Source of the DNA: Camelus ferus | Taxonomy: Eukaryota | Direction: 5' to 3' | DNA: 64,000 nucleotides | NCBI RefSeq assembly: GCF_009834535.1 | Contig: NC_045696.1 | Coordinates: 74,774,001 to 74,838,000 of the forward strand | In this document: one piece after another, positions 1-11,654 of the stretch | Numbering within the stretch: position 1 is the first letter of the stretch | How the letters are laid out: each line of letters starts with the position of its first letter | The notes under the pieces: generated by a model | Databases searched by the model: none | The model's input: only the letters and a program-made list of their open reading frames with translations | Told to the model about the DNA's origin: nothing | Program-made: the position numbers and the translations under genes

Positions 1-385
1 GTATCTTGAAGATCATTCCATGTCCATATTTATAATTCCATCTTATTCATTTTCAATGTCAGACAGAATTCCATTATATGTTTACACCATAATTTATTTC
101 ACCAGTTCTCTATACATGGACATTTATGTTATTTCTAGTCTTTTGCTAGTATAAAGAATCTCGCAGTGACTGTCCTTTTCTGTGTGCATGTGTGAGAGAG
201 TTCTTTTTAATGCAGGATGGATTCTCAGAAGTGGAATTGCTGAGTCACAGGGTATACGCATTTATTTTAATGGTCGTTGCCAAATCACACACAGGTTGTA
301 CAATTTACATTCCCCCACTAACGTGTTTGGAATTACACTTTGTCGTCCAAACCTCACCAGCACAGAACTTTATCAAACTTCTGTC
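1..385 (-). mobile_element. Old L1 (L1ME-like) 3' region fragment
   Basis: Antisense L1 motifs: 'tggacatttatgttatttctagtctttt', 'agaagtggaattgctgagtcacagggtat', 'ggttgtacaatttacattcccc'. Confidence 0.7.
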
Positions 386-400
386 AAGATGGTATTTTAT

Positions 401-505
401 GGGGGGCGGGGTATAGCTCAGTGGTAGAGTGTGTACTTAGCACGCATGAGGTCTTGGGTTCAATCTCTAGTACCTCTATTTTAAAAAAAAAAAAAGACAA
501 AAAAG
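401..505 (+). mobile_element. tRNA-Ala-derived SINE (vic-1-like), A-tailed
   Basis: GGGG..GTATAGCTCAGTGGTAGAG..GGTTCAATC..TACCTC plus A tail; degenerate TSD aagatggtatttta / aagatgggttttta. Confidence 0.9.
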
Positions 506-2495
506 ATGGGTTTTTAGAAAAGATGTTCCATTTATTCATCAGCTATTTAGGCAGAGCCCTGATTGTATTGACTGTACCATTAATGGTGTACCATATCTAG
601 GAGTACATTCTTGGGGCTCTAGACTGTGGATGACAAAATCAAGGTGAACCTTTGGTCAGCTAATTTATGGAATACCCACTCTGGGCCAGGCACTGGGAAT
701 ACTGGGAGAAATGAGCCCTGGTTCCACTCAGGGACTGTAACTGTTCCCACATTGGGTGGAAATGGCTGCTAACACTTCCCAGTTGCTACTTGGAGAATGG
801 ATCCCAAATGTTCACTTGGGCTTAGACTTCCACCAAAGCTTGAGAAGATGTGGGTGGTGGTTGTGCAATCCTTCTATTTGAAATCTTTTATCTTCACTCT
901 GGCATCTGAATAAGACAGCTGCAAACAAAAGAGGAGGCACTCAGCACACCTAATAGGTGGTACTCCCTTTTTAATTGTAGCGTGCTCTGTATCTCTAACC
1001 AGGGAACAGGCTATAGCAATTGTTTTATTTTGTTGGTAGGTGGGGAGAAGGTGTTTCTTTGTTCTTTTTTAGGGGGGAGGGGGAAGATATCAAAGGTTTA
1101 TATATATATATGAGAAATAGAGGAATTATTAACTATAAAACCATCAGTTTTTGCAGATGATTCAAATAACTGCCATCTTCCAGCCCTACTTAAACTGCAA
1201 GAAAGCCTAGATTTAAACCTACCACTATGTTTGTTGATTTCTGATAAAGACATCAAAAGGTGTCCATAATCCAGATGGAAACACTCAATCATTGAAGAAT
1301 TTGAACATTAAGTTAGGTCATAATTAGCCTATTATACATAATACCGTGAGGTGTGATTTTTGAGTCCAGCCTCTCTGTCCACCCCTCCCATTACCTCTGG
1401 TAGCTTATATAGAATCTCATTATGCTACTCTTAAGATTACTCACCCTCTTTATCAACTGTCATACTTTGATAAACTAACACAGGGATTAAAAAGCCTCTG
1501 ATTTTATTGCTTGTACCATCAGCGCTGCACTAAATCTAGGAGTATGTTTTGGGGGAACTCAGACTCTGGGTGACAAAAGCAAGCAGAGTAATTTACAAGC
1601 TGAACCTTTGACCATTTCATATTGTTCTGTCAGCTGTTAGAAGCATCAAAGTCATTCCCACTGTGCCAGCTGGGCTAGAGAAAGAAACAGACAGCAATGT
1701 GCCCAGAACCTTTTTGGTATCTACCCCCTGGGACATGCGAACAAAGAGATTCTGAAGGATTCAGCAAGATATCCCTTCTGAAAGGTTCTTGACTAACACT
1801 CAACAGTAAGTTTTGACTGCAGTTGCTAGTTTGAAGCCTTACTGTAAAAACTTTTCCTAAAATTGCTCTACTTCACATCATTATCACTATGATCATAATC
1901 ACAACTGTTAACTAATATTTACTGAGCTGTGTTTGTTATAAAATGCTGACCCTGAGGGTACAATAGCAATAAGGCATATAAAACCAGGAAAATATACATA
2001 CTTGGACAAACATATAGTGCAGATAAGGACTGAAAGGGAACACAGAAAAATGAAAATGGTTGTACATGACTAGCAGAGTTATGTGTATGTTTACAAATGT
2101 TTTGTTTTGTGTCACAAATTTGTTTTAAACATTATTGCTTTCAAAAACACACTTAAAATATTATACTAGGAAAATAATTTTACAATTCTAAATTGGGGTT
2201 TTAATCTCCAGGTTAGCATTTTGGTATGTATTATTTCAGTCTTTTTTCCTTTGCTTATACTATCTCTTTATCTGTAAAAGATATAGATATAATTTACATA
2301 TAATTACAGTATTCTAATATATCATTATATATAGTTATACATAACTTTACTTATATAATTTGACATAAATAATATTTAATAAAATAAGAATATACTATGT
2401 AAGTACAAATTCTGTTCTGAAACATGCATTTTTCACTTAATATATTTGGACAGGTTTCCACAGTATTATATATAGATTCACATAATTTTTAAAAA

Positions 2496-2697
2496 CAGGG
2501 GTCAGCAAACTATGACCTGTGGGCCACTCACCCATTCTTGTAAATAAAGTTATAATGGAATGCTCCATGCTTTTTTTGCTTCCACGTTGTCTATGAATGT
2601 TTTTGTGCAACAACTACAAATTAAGTAGTTGTAAAAGAGACTTTATGGCCCGTAACTCTAAAATATTTATTACCTGGCATTTTACAAAAAAGAAAGC
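2496..2697 (+). mobile_element. MER58A-like hAT-Charlie MITE inserted in an old L1 remnant
   Basis: Starts CAGGGGTCAGCAAACTATGACCTGTGGGCC; contains 'gtaaataaagtt' and 'tatggcccgtaactctaaaatatttattacctggcattttaca'. Confidence 0.8.
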
Positions 2698-3449
2698 CTT
2701 CAAATTTCACTGTAGATATTTCATAATTTATTTAAGCAACTATCTATTGATTGACATTTCAATCATTTCTAATGTTCTGCTGTTATAAATATTCATATAG
2801 ATTAAATGATAGTTTTATCTGTATTTTAGGTATCTTAGATGTCTATGTCTTGGCATATTTGTGAATATTGTTATCTAGAAGTTCAGAATTTTTTCCATTG
2901 ACATTGATATTAATACAGCAATTATTTCCTTTATAATTTTTATCTTTAGTATCATGCATAGAAAGATGGATAGCTACCAGAAATTGGGCTTTTTGTTGTT
3001 GTTTGTTTGTTTTTTCAAAAAAGCTAGCTCTCTGCTGAATTCTCCAATATGTACTTGGAAGTCCCTGCTCCTCCTTATTCCATTTATATCAGGAAAACCG
3101 CTCAAAGCCAAAGCAGGAAGGGGCTAGCTGCTGCCCAGAACCCAGCCACCCTGCCCTCCCTGTGCTCCCACTGCTGGCAACTGAATTGATCTTCCCAGGC
3201 TCTGGCTGAGCTCCTTTACCTCCCTGCTTGGTAACTCCAGATCCTGACTGGCACACTGAAGCAGGCTGCCTGGGGTCCTGCCTGGCCTGGCTCTCCCCAC
3301 TCTGCCTTCCCATGACTCTGCCTGTGCCCCGGGCCATCCAGGCAGAACTCAACTCTCACTTCCCTCCTTTCATACCTTGGTTCCATCCATTCTCATATCT
3401 GCCATGTCTGGTCTTTAACTAGGATCTCCTTTTGGGCATTGGGGACCCC

Positions 3450-4900
3450 CCATTCTAGGGTCAACAAGTTCCCCTACATTCTTGAACACAGTTTGTCTTA
3501 AATACAGTTCGTGCCCCGCTGCAATTAAAATTTGGTTTTCCACCAATACCAGTGTCATCTCCAAAGGAGACCTGTCATGTTTCCCCATTACTCACAGGGC
3601 AAGGAGGCATTGCTATATTTTATTTCGTTGCTACTTCCCTACTTTTTCTCTACCACTCCTCTCAACACGATATGTGTTTTGGAAAGAAGCCCAACCCATT
3701 CACTTATACATCCCTTCCCCCACCTTCCCTATTATTATCTATGGAAATTCAGGACCTCTCCCCTTTCCTTGATCATTGCAGGATTTCAGTCCTTCTCTCT
3801 GCCCTATCCACTGCCATCAACCTCAACAGCCACATGTGAACTTCCCAACATTCTGATCTTACAATTCTTCTGGGACCAACATAATTCCTTACCCTTCCCA
3901 TGCCTCCTCTCCTTGCCAGCTGGGTCCAGCAACACTCACTCATTAATTCTGCCCCAACCTTCCATGGTCAAAAGGCTCTGTGAAGCTCTGCATCACCATT
4001 TGGAAAGCTCAAAAGCAAATAGAACTTCCTGCAGTTGAATTCTTTTTGCAGTTCTAGAAATTAGGCTTCAACTTGATATTAAGAATTTACCAGTGGTAGA
4101 GCGCATGCTTAGCATGCATAAGGTCCTGGGTTCAATCTCCAGTGCCTCCATTAAAAAAAAGTAACAATAAAATAAATTTTAAAAAAACAGATTAAAAAAA
4201 AAAGAATTTACCAAATAATAAAAATGGTTTTCATCTAGCTCCCCTGAGTTAAAGTTCTATAAAAGTGTCCTTTCCCCATAGGTCTCCATGGGTCCTGAAC
4301 TGTCTCCTCCAAAACTTCACTCCAAGGCCGGGGCTTCATCTGTGGCAAGCGTTCCTGGCTCCTAAAGCCTGCCTCTGCATCACCTCAACTCTCTGAATAT
4401 TGCCTGTGTCTAGATTCCAGTAGCCACATTCACCCTAAAGCCAACTGTTCACTTGAACCCTGAATTTTATAGGTTTATAAATTTCCTGACTACTATGTTC
4501 TGCCTCCTTGACTGGACATTTTCCAAGTATCAACAACTGGGTCTTTATCCTTGGCACCTGCTCACTCGAGTAGACTGGTCCAGCTTCAATTCAGTCTGTC
4601 CCACGAAGCTGCAATGAACTTTTCTGTGACCAGCTTTGAAATGAGACGTGATAATAGTCCCTGAACTTCCTAGCATTCTCTCACAGCTGTCAGGCTGGAT
4701 TTGCCTTCTCCCTTTGTTCTCCAGTTGCTTAATATCTCCCTTGCCCCATGGGCTCCTTGCTTTTTCTCTTGCATCACTTGCTTCCCTGACTGTTCTGGGA
4801 CATTCCAAACTTTTTAGATCCTCTCATGTCTTGGTTTCTCTGCCACCTTCTCTCTGCCAATAATCCAAACTTGGTTAGTGCCTAGGGTCATCGTTAGGAT
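3450..4900 (+). mobile_element. Highly decayed L2 ORF2 (endonuclease-region) remnant
   Basis: Pyrimidine-rich strand. Shifting-frame translation gives AAIKIWF..THRARR..IIIYGNSGPLPF(LD)..LNSH, in the order of the L2 APE motifs (ETW, HTPR, IYRPPG..F, DFNIH). Confidence 0.45.
4093..4201 (+). mobile_element. 5'-truncated vic-1-like SINE
   Basis: GTGGTAGAGCGCATGCTTAGCATGCATAAGGTCCTGGGTTCAATCTCCAG plus A-rich tail; perfect 12-bp TSD aagaatttacca (4081-4092, 4202-4213). Confidence 0.92.
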
Positions 4901-5034
4901 CATCTACAAAATTTCCAGGTCTCTTCTCTCTAGGTAACTGGTTCAGTCTTACTTCTCCACCTCCTCTGCTCTGGCCAACAAAATGTGAGTAATTATGAAG
5001 CCTCATTTCCAGGCAGAAACTTTAAGAGATAATG

Positions 5035-5213
5035 CTTCCTTTGCCACATTCTCTTTCCTTTTGCCTCCATGACCAACAATATACTCCGAGGAAAAAAGTG
5101 GCCAACCAACCTGCAATGGACATGTAGCGATAGAGGAAATAAATCTTTGTTGTTTTCAGCATTTGTGTTTAGGGGGTTGTAATCGTACATAACCCAGCCT
5201 ATCCTGACACATA
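5035..5213 (+). mobile_element. MaLR LTR (MLT1-type) 3' part
   Basis: 'atggacatgtagc..gaaataaatctttgttgtttt..aacccagcctatcctgacacatac' is a typical old MLT1 3' end. Confidence 0.65.
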
Positions 5214-5269
5214 CTGATCCTACTGTCTATTTCCTCTGCTCACATTTTCAGCCTGTAGCGAACCCAGTT

Positions 5270-5739
5270 GTTTTGCTTGGTCAATGTTCCTCTGAAAACC
5301 ACTCCTTCCCCACTTCGAGTTTGTGTAATTCATGGCTTCAGGGGTGAGTGTGACTCAGACCCAGTCAGTCAAACTGTCTCATCTCCTGGCCCCAGGGGCT
5401 AGTCCTGCGGTGGTCACAGTACCCAAGTGGGGCCAACTGGAGTCTATATTAGGGTTTGACTGGAAAATTGGGAGAGAAATGCTCTTTTTGTGTGGGCTTG
5501 CTAAAGCAGGTCAACTGTATTCTCAGGGCTGCCAGTGGCTACCTAGGAAAGTGGAGCCAAACAATCGAGAAAAACACAGTTCTGACGACACTGTTTGAGG
5601 CCCTGGATTTAGCCATGCCTTAAATCATTATACTCTTTAGACTTTCCTGTTATGTAAGCCAATAAATTTCCTTTTTTCTATCATCTATTCTGCATTGAGA
5701 TTCCTGTCACTTGCAACTGAAAAAGTGCTGATTAAAACA
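5270..5739 (+). mobile_element. MaLR LTR (MLT1K-like)
   Basis: 'tttgaggccctggatttagccatgcct..gtaagccaataaatttcc..ctgtcacttgcaactgaaa..gctgattaaaaca'. Confidence 0.75.
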
Positions 5740-5949
5740 GCTGTGAAGCATTAATGGCAACATCGGGAAACTATAATTTTTCCTCATACTTTTACCCTAC
5801 AGAATATCGACTGAAGTCACACTTGGATCAGCAGTCCTTTGGTTCAGCTTTATTTACTTCCTGTTTTATTCCATATGGTGCCTATTCCACAGTTTCTCTT
5901 CTTCTGAATTCCTTTCCCGCTCCCTTTTCCCGCTCCCTAAGATAAGCTA

Positions 5950-6560
5950 GCCTTTCACTTCTCTGAAATCAAATTCATCTGTCTTGAGCTTCCTCCACTT
6001 TAACCCCATTCTTCTGTATTTGCCTCTATCCATGTTTCCAAACTTAACCACATTACTTGTTCCTCTGCGGGTGGCTTTGTGTCCTGGTTTTCCTCTTATA
6101 TCTCTGACCACTCCTGAGTCTCCACTTCTTTCCACTGCAGCCTGGGAACAGCTCTTCACAGCCTCGACCTGTCTTTTCTTCCAGTGTGGATCCCTGATAT
6201 CTCGTTCATTCCTTCGGCTTTATCTGTCACCCACAGGGAAATACCTCTCCAATCAATACATTCCAGTCTTGGCCTGCTAGAATTTTGCATTCACATGCCC
6301 CAGTTGGAAATGTACCTCAATCTCAATATGCCCCAAAGTGAAATTATTCTGCTCTTTCATAATTCAAACTCTTAGTTATTCTGGGCAATCTCAGTTTCTC
6401 TCCTCTGTACCCTCAGATCCAATTAGTTACTATGTTCAGTCAATATCACCCTACAATACCTCCCCAAACCACACCCTCCTCACTACAAACACAGCGGCTG
6501 GTTCTGGCTTTTATTACTTGCTTTGCAGATTCATGCAATCATTGCCTCAGTTTCCCTAGG
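5950..6560 (+). mobile_element. L2 fragment
   Basis: C/T-rich L2 motifs such as 'gtacctcaatctcaatatgccccaaagtgaaatt' and 'tgcaatcattgcctcagtttccct'. Confidence 0.6.
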
Positions 6561-7082
6561 ATGATCAGACTTCAGAAGGCCAAAAACAAATGAAGTGAAA
6601 AGACAAACTGAAGTAAGGTTTCAGTTGCTACCTCTGGTCCAGGCACATACATCAGCTCAGGACTCTCAGTTGACTGCCTGTTAGAGACCTGTTATTCACA
6701 AGCTGGGTCTCAAGATTTCATACCTCTAATCATATCCTCAGCATCCTTGGAAATAGTACATCTTATGCTCAGTGGCCTTTGCTGAAAAATTCTTTTGTAG
6801 TCCTTATGGCTCCACTGAAAATTTTAAACATGCTATTGTAAAAGGTTTTCAGAACTCATGCAATATCACTGTTTGGTTAGAGTGTTTGCCCAGCCTTGTC
6901 CCAGGCTCTGACCTTCTAGTTTAACTATAGTCCTGAACAGTTTTTTGTGTCAGGGTCTAATAACTAAAAAAACCCTCAGATATAGGTGGTACCAGTTCCT
7001 TTCTTGAAACAGCATGGATCACTCTTTAAAAAATTCAGTTGCTCAGACTAACTACAGAATCCAACCCAAACTCCTTTGTCTG

Positions 7083-7606
7083 TTTCTTAGTCCATTTGGG
7101 CTGCTGTGCAAAATACCATTAACCAAGTAGCCTACACAGTTGACCCTAGAACAATGCAGGGATGAGGAACGCCCACCATCTGTGCAGTTGAAAATCCTAA
7201 AGTAGTTTATAGTTGGGCCTCCCTATACACGGCCCATCCATACGTGTGGTTCCACACCCGGGATTCAACCAACCAGGGACTGGGGGTTGTGTAGTACTGT
7301 AGTATTTACTATTGAAAAAAAAATCATATAAGTGACCTGTACAGTTCAAACCCATGTTGTTCAAGGGTCAACTGTGAAAAAACAGAAATGTGTTTCTTAT
7401 AGTTCTAGGGGCAGAGAAGTCCAAGATCAAGGTGTCGGCCTCTCTCCTTGGCTTGTAGATGGCCACTTTCTATCTCTGTCCTCATTTGGTCTTTCCTCTG
7501 TGAGCATCCATGCTTGTGTCCAAATTTTCTCTTCTTATAAGAACATCAATCATATTGGATTAGGACCCACCTGAAAGACCTCTTTTTAACTTAATTACCT
7601 CTTTAA
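7083..7606 (-). mobile_element. MLT1B-like LTR, 3' portion (interrupted by a Tigger MITE)
   Basis: 'tcttagtccatttgggctgct..agttctaggggcagagaagtccaagatcaaggtgtcggc..cttataagaacatcaatcatattggattagg..taacttaattacctctttaa'. Confidence 0.85.
7137..7374 (+). mobile_element. Tigger2-derived MITE (MER8/Tigger2a-like)
   Basis: Terminal inverted repeats CAGTTGACCCTAGAACAA ... TTGTTCAAGGGTCAACTG; sits inside the MLT1B. Confidence 0.88.
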
Positions 7607-7795
7607 TGAGCACTTGCCAATATCCTGGTTTTCGAAAAGTAGATTTGACTTAGATGTGCAGAAATGGGGGATGCTGTAAGGACACAATATTATAAACAAA
7701 GCCCAGAAACCTGGCAAGGAAACCTCAGGGAATGACGAATGGGCAGTCTGGCTGGCAAGAGAATCAGACATGGGAAATAATACACGGATAGATGG

Positions 7796-7930
7796 TGTCA
7801 TGGGCTGAATTGAATCCCCCTTAAATTTATATGTTGAAGTCCTAATGCCCCAGGACCTCAGAATATAACTATATTTGCAGATAAGTTCTTTAAAGAGGTA
7901 ATTAAGTTAAAGTGAAGTCTTTAGGGCCCA
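7796..7930 (+). mobile_element. MLT1B-like LTR, 5' portion (opposite orientation to 7083-7606)
   Basis: 'tgtcatgggctgaattg..atatgttgaagtcctaa..cctcagaat..tttaaagaggtaattaagttaaa'. Confidence 0.85.
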
Positions 7931-7934
7931 GCTT

Positions 7935-8555
7935 AAAGTCTTTGCAAACCCTGGTTTAGCCAATAAACTAAACCATTTCTCCTAAGGGAAATACAGGGTT
8001 AGGTTCCTGCAAGCCCCTGATCACAACATTTTCATCAACCAGTCAATACATAACCTTCTTTTATGTGCGTTTCTGTTTAAATACATCTTACTTAATATAT
8101 ATGTTGTTGATTGATTAATGTTGAACTAACAGCCAACAGCACCATAACTCTCGTCTGAACAAAGCTTATCTAACACTTGTATTTTCTGTGTAAGGCACAT
8201 CACAGCCTTCTCGTGCTAAGGAACACTAGACAGAACTTCAGCACTATGCTTGGGGGGGGGGGTCATTTAAAATAGCAAAACCACCAAGAAAAAGCACAAA
8301 AATGCAAAAACGTGGCACTAAATAGACCATAAAAAAGTGACTTGTTTACAGTATGAACTAAAACAAGAAGGCATAGCATCACCTTGCTTAAACTCAGCTG
8401 GGAACATGTGTGTTGGGCAACTCAAATTTTCGTTGCGCTGCAGGTGTTTGTGAACGAAGCAGAAGTGCTGCAAGTGTGGATTTTGGAGTCACAGATAAAG
8501 TCTAGCAAATCGATGAATTCGCAAATAAGGACCTGTAAGTACTGAGAATCAACTG
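7935..8555 (-). mobile_element. MER82 (TcMar-Tigger) DNA transposon, one end truncated
   Basis: 'gggaaatacagggttaggttcctg..gcactatgcttgggg..gtggcactaaatagacc..gaattcgcaaata..gagaatcaactgta'; homologous to 31817-32433. Confidence 0.88.
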
Positions 8556-8559
8556 TACT

Positions 8560-8665
8560 ACTAACCCCATTTTATAGATAAGAAAACTAAGACTCAAAGC
8601 AGTTAAGGTCTTTCACAAGGTTACTGCTTGTGAAGTTGGCACAGCCAGCATTCAAACTCCAGTTT
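8560..8665 (-). mobile_element. MIR fragment
   Basis: 'ccccattttatagataagaaaactaagactcaaagcagttaag' is the antisense MIR core. Confidence 0.7.
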
Positions 8666-9793
8666 ACAGAAGAGGGAGATTTTTTTCACCTGTACCAAGT
8701 CAGGGTAAGAAAAAGAGAGCTAAGGAAATCAGCTGAGCACACTAACACGGAGGCTGCAAATAGTGAACAGCTTTGCAAAAACTTGCCAATTACACAAAGC
8801 ATGCTTTCTGGGAATGGCACCAAGATATTAGTGAATAGCAGTTTTACCCTTTAAACAAAGAGGATTGTTCTTAGAAGTGCAGCACTAATATATTTATCTG
8901 ATGGCCCTAGAGCCCAAGTGACCAAAATCCACAGCCTTTGTTTCTGCAGAGTCTATGTTGCCAGCTTCTCAATACAATTGTGTCAAAAAAAAAAAAAATA
9001 CATTCATGCTCAGGCATTACATAGTATACAAAAGCATAGTCAGGGAACAATTAAAGTAGGACAATTCAAGGAGTTAGTTTTCAAGTCTGTAAAAAGGGCC
9101 TTCATGCACCAAAAGCATGGTTTAACTACATCACAATGAGCCATTAAAAAAAAAAATAATAGTTCATCAAAAAAAAATCTGCTAAGCTCCTACTGTGTAC
9201 TGGGCTGTTATGTTAGGTACTCAGCGTGAGTGGTGAATATGAAACAGGTCCTGCCTTGGCCACAGTCACAGTTTGTGGCCGAGACAGGTATAATTGTGTG
9301 TGTCTGTGTGCGTGTGTTCCTTGGCGATTCCGCTCCCTTTCCCTCCCTCCCATACCTAATGCATCTGTACATTTGCACAACTTCTGAGAGCCTCCAAGGA
9401 GAACTCAAACCATCTCCCTTAGGGCTGAGATACATAGAATGAATCAGCTGACCTGGGGATGTCAGAAGCCAAATTACAAAGCAATTTCAAAACCCATGAG
9501 AGAGAATTCACCTGAGGCAAGAAGGAGTCAGAAATGGGAGAGAGGGCAGGAATCCCAGGCCAAGGGTGACTTGGGGCACTTTAGGAGGGCTCTTTCTTGC
9601 ACCTGTCTTCACTGAGCCACTGCCCGGACACCACGTGTCCCTGATTTTTTTCTGTCTCACTGATCTCCCCTTTGTGGAACCCACCTCCTCTTTCCAGCCT
9701 CTAAATAAGACTGTCCTAGGAGTCAGTATGCAAATTTCTTTTCTTCCTCTTCTCCCTAAGTGATCTATCTCCTCCAACCTCAGGCTTTTAAAT

Positions 9794-10213
9794 CCAATCA
9801 AGGTCCCAACAAGAAACAGATGGCACACTCGAATTAAGAGAATGCAAGCAGAGATCACTAAAGGGACTGTTTGTAAAGGTGTAAGGACAGCAGTACTTTG
9901 AGGCTAGTAAGGGGAGGAGCTATTTCCACTCAAGGACGGGAAGGGGTGACCGGAGGGAGCAGTTACTGCATCTGGAGGGGCAGCTATGTGCAGGCTTGTA
10001 CATTTTCATGGAGGGGCTCAGGCAACTGAGGGGAACTGCAAGAGGGGAAGCTGGGGAGTAAATCACACCACCTTGCTCTCTTCTCTTCTGATCTGTTGCC
10101 AGGCTGGCTGAATCCAGCTGGAAACCGGAAACCACGACTCCTGTACGGAGGCAGGGAGCAGGGTGGAGAGGCCTGGAGAGAGAATCTGGAAGGCCCACAA
10201 AGCTATCCAGCAC
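9794..10213 (-). mobile_element. LTR33-like ERVL solo LTR nested in an L2
   Basis: 'aaacagatggcacactc..taaagggactgttt..gagggagcagttact..agcagggtggagagg..tctggaagg..tatccagcac'. Confidence 0.7.
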
Positions 10214-10214
10214 G

Positions 10215-10825
10215 TGATCATATGTTGAAGAGTCTCAAATTTTTACAGCTCTAGCCCTCACCTTTCGGGTTGAATCACAATGGCCTGCTTGGACCTCTCC
10301 GCCTGAATTTTCTACTTGATTGTCCCTTGCCCGGGCTGGGTCCCTGCCTATCCTGTTCCTTCCTCAGTCCCCTCTCGGTTTTACCACCATTCACTCGGTT
10401 GCTTAGGCCCAAACCTAGCTTCATCCCTGAATGGTTTCCTCTACACCCAACCTGCAAGCAAGTTATATCAGCTCTACTTTTAACAAGTGTCTAGAATCTG
10501 GATACTTCTCGTCGCCTCCACCGCTTCTACCCTGGTCCATCCCCACATCGTCTCTAGCTTGTATGGCTGCAATAGACTAATTGCCCCCCCACCCCACCCC
10601 CACTCCTGCTCCCATACGGTTGATTCTACTTCTGGCCGCACTAGGTCTACACGGCAGCCAGAGTGACCTTCCTCCAGCTACTCTCTAACCCCCTTCCCTA
10701 TTTAGATTGTCTTCCCAGCAACTATCTCCACTTAAATGCCTGTCATATGTTTATTCATTTACTTGTTTTTTGTCATTTTCTCTGTCTATAAAGTGTAGGC
10801 TTTAGGAAGGCAGGGATCTTCTTAA
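10215..10825 (+). mobile_element. L2 fragment (continues 9600-9790)
   Basis: 'cttctcgtcgcctccaccgcttctaccctggtcc', 'acggcagccagagtgacctt', 'gtaggctttaggaaggcaggga'. Confidence 0.75.
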
Positions 10826-10844
10826 ATGAAAAAATGAATAATAC

Positions 10845-11044
10845 CTCTGTGAAAGACACTGTTAAGAGAATGAGAAGACAAGCCAGACTGGGAGAAAATG
10901 TTTGCAAAAGATATATCTGCTAAAGGACTGTTATCCAAAATATGCAAAGAACCTTTACAATTCCACAATAAAAAAACAAACAACTTGATTTAAAAGTGGG
11001 CTAAAGTCCTTAACAGATGCCTCACCAAAGAAGATACACAGACA
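10845..11044 (+). mobile_element. L1 ORF2 3' fragment
   Basis: 'gacactgttaagagaatgagaagacaagcc..gactgggagaaaatgtttgcaaa..aaaggactgttatccaaaatat..ctcaccaaagaagatacacaga'. Confidence 0.88.
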
Positions 11045-11316
11045 CTCTTCCTGTTCTCCATCACAGCTCAGGATCAGGGTGACAAGGAGAGTCCCACATG
11101 GGAACTTCGCATCTGTGAGCTCTGCCTCACCGTTCATGTGAGGGAGAGTGGAGACCAGCTGACCTGGGCAGCCACGGTGCTGAAACAGCTCACGGGCCAG
11201 ACCCCTGTGTTCTCCAAAGCTGGGTACACCTTCAGACGCTTTGGCATCAGGAGAAATGAAAAGATTGCCATCCACTGTATGGTCTGTGGGCCAAGGCAGA
11301 AGAAATCCTGGAGAGA
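11045..11316 (+). pseudogene. RPL11: RPL11 (60S ribosomal protein uL5) processed pseudogene, 5' half only
   Basis: A pyrimidine leader ctcttcctgttctccatc is followed by in-frame (T)[71 protein letters not shown], versus RPL11 [75 protein letters not shown] is mutated to ACA (11063), there is a 1-nt deletion near 11290 before AKAEEILE, and there are no introns. Confidence 0.96.
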
Positions 11317-11319
11317 GAT

Positions 11320-11423
11320 TAGAAGTAGTTTAATACTTGGCTGTCACCATCTTAAAACTCTTTAAACAGAGGCCTTGCATTTTCATTTTGCTCTGAGCCT
11401 CGAAAATTACATAGCCTGTTCTG
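11320..11423 (+). mobile_element. MER91A-like hAT MITE lacking its 5' end
   Basis: 'gtttaatacttggctgtcaccatcttaaaactc..ttgcattttcattttgctctgagcctcgaaaattacatagcctgttctg'. Confidence 0.75.
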
Positions 11424-11654
11424 ATTTTGCCTTTCATCCCTGGAAGGTGAGTATTGTGATTACATGGCTGAAGGAGGAGGGGGCGGGAAAGCTGCAAAGG
11501 GGAAAAGTAAATGCTGACCACGCTTATGTTACATGTCACTGAATATGTGCACTTTTAATTTGAAGGGTGAATGAAGTCCTTGGGACAGTTCAAGGGAGGA
11601 GGCTCTTAGAAGTAATAAGCCCTTATTCAAGGCTCTTAAAAATACTTTTAGAAA

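Noticed and set aside
1634..1805. Exon-like segment (tgttctgtcAG ... aca|GTAAGT)
   Set aside because: Weak acceptor, no recognisable coding content and no linked promoter; expected by chance.
3482..4038. Three stacked ORFs (96, 168 and 95 aa)
   Set aside because: Pyrimidine-rich decayed L2-like DNA with homology hints scattered across frames; no exon structure.
11138..11365. ORF resembling a functional RPL11
   Set aside because: Start codon lost, frameshift, many substitutions in a highly conserved protein, and the 3' half is absent.
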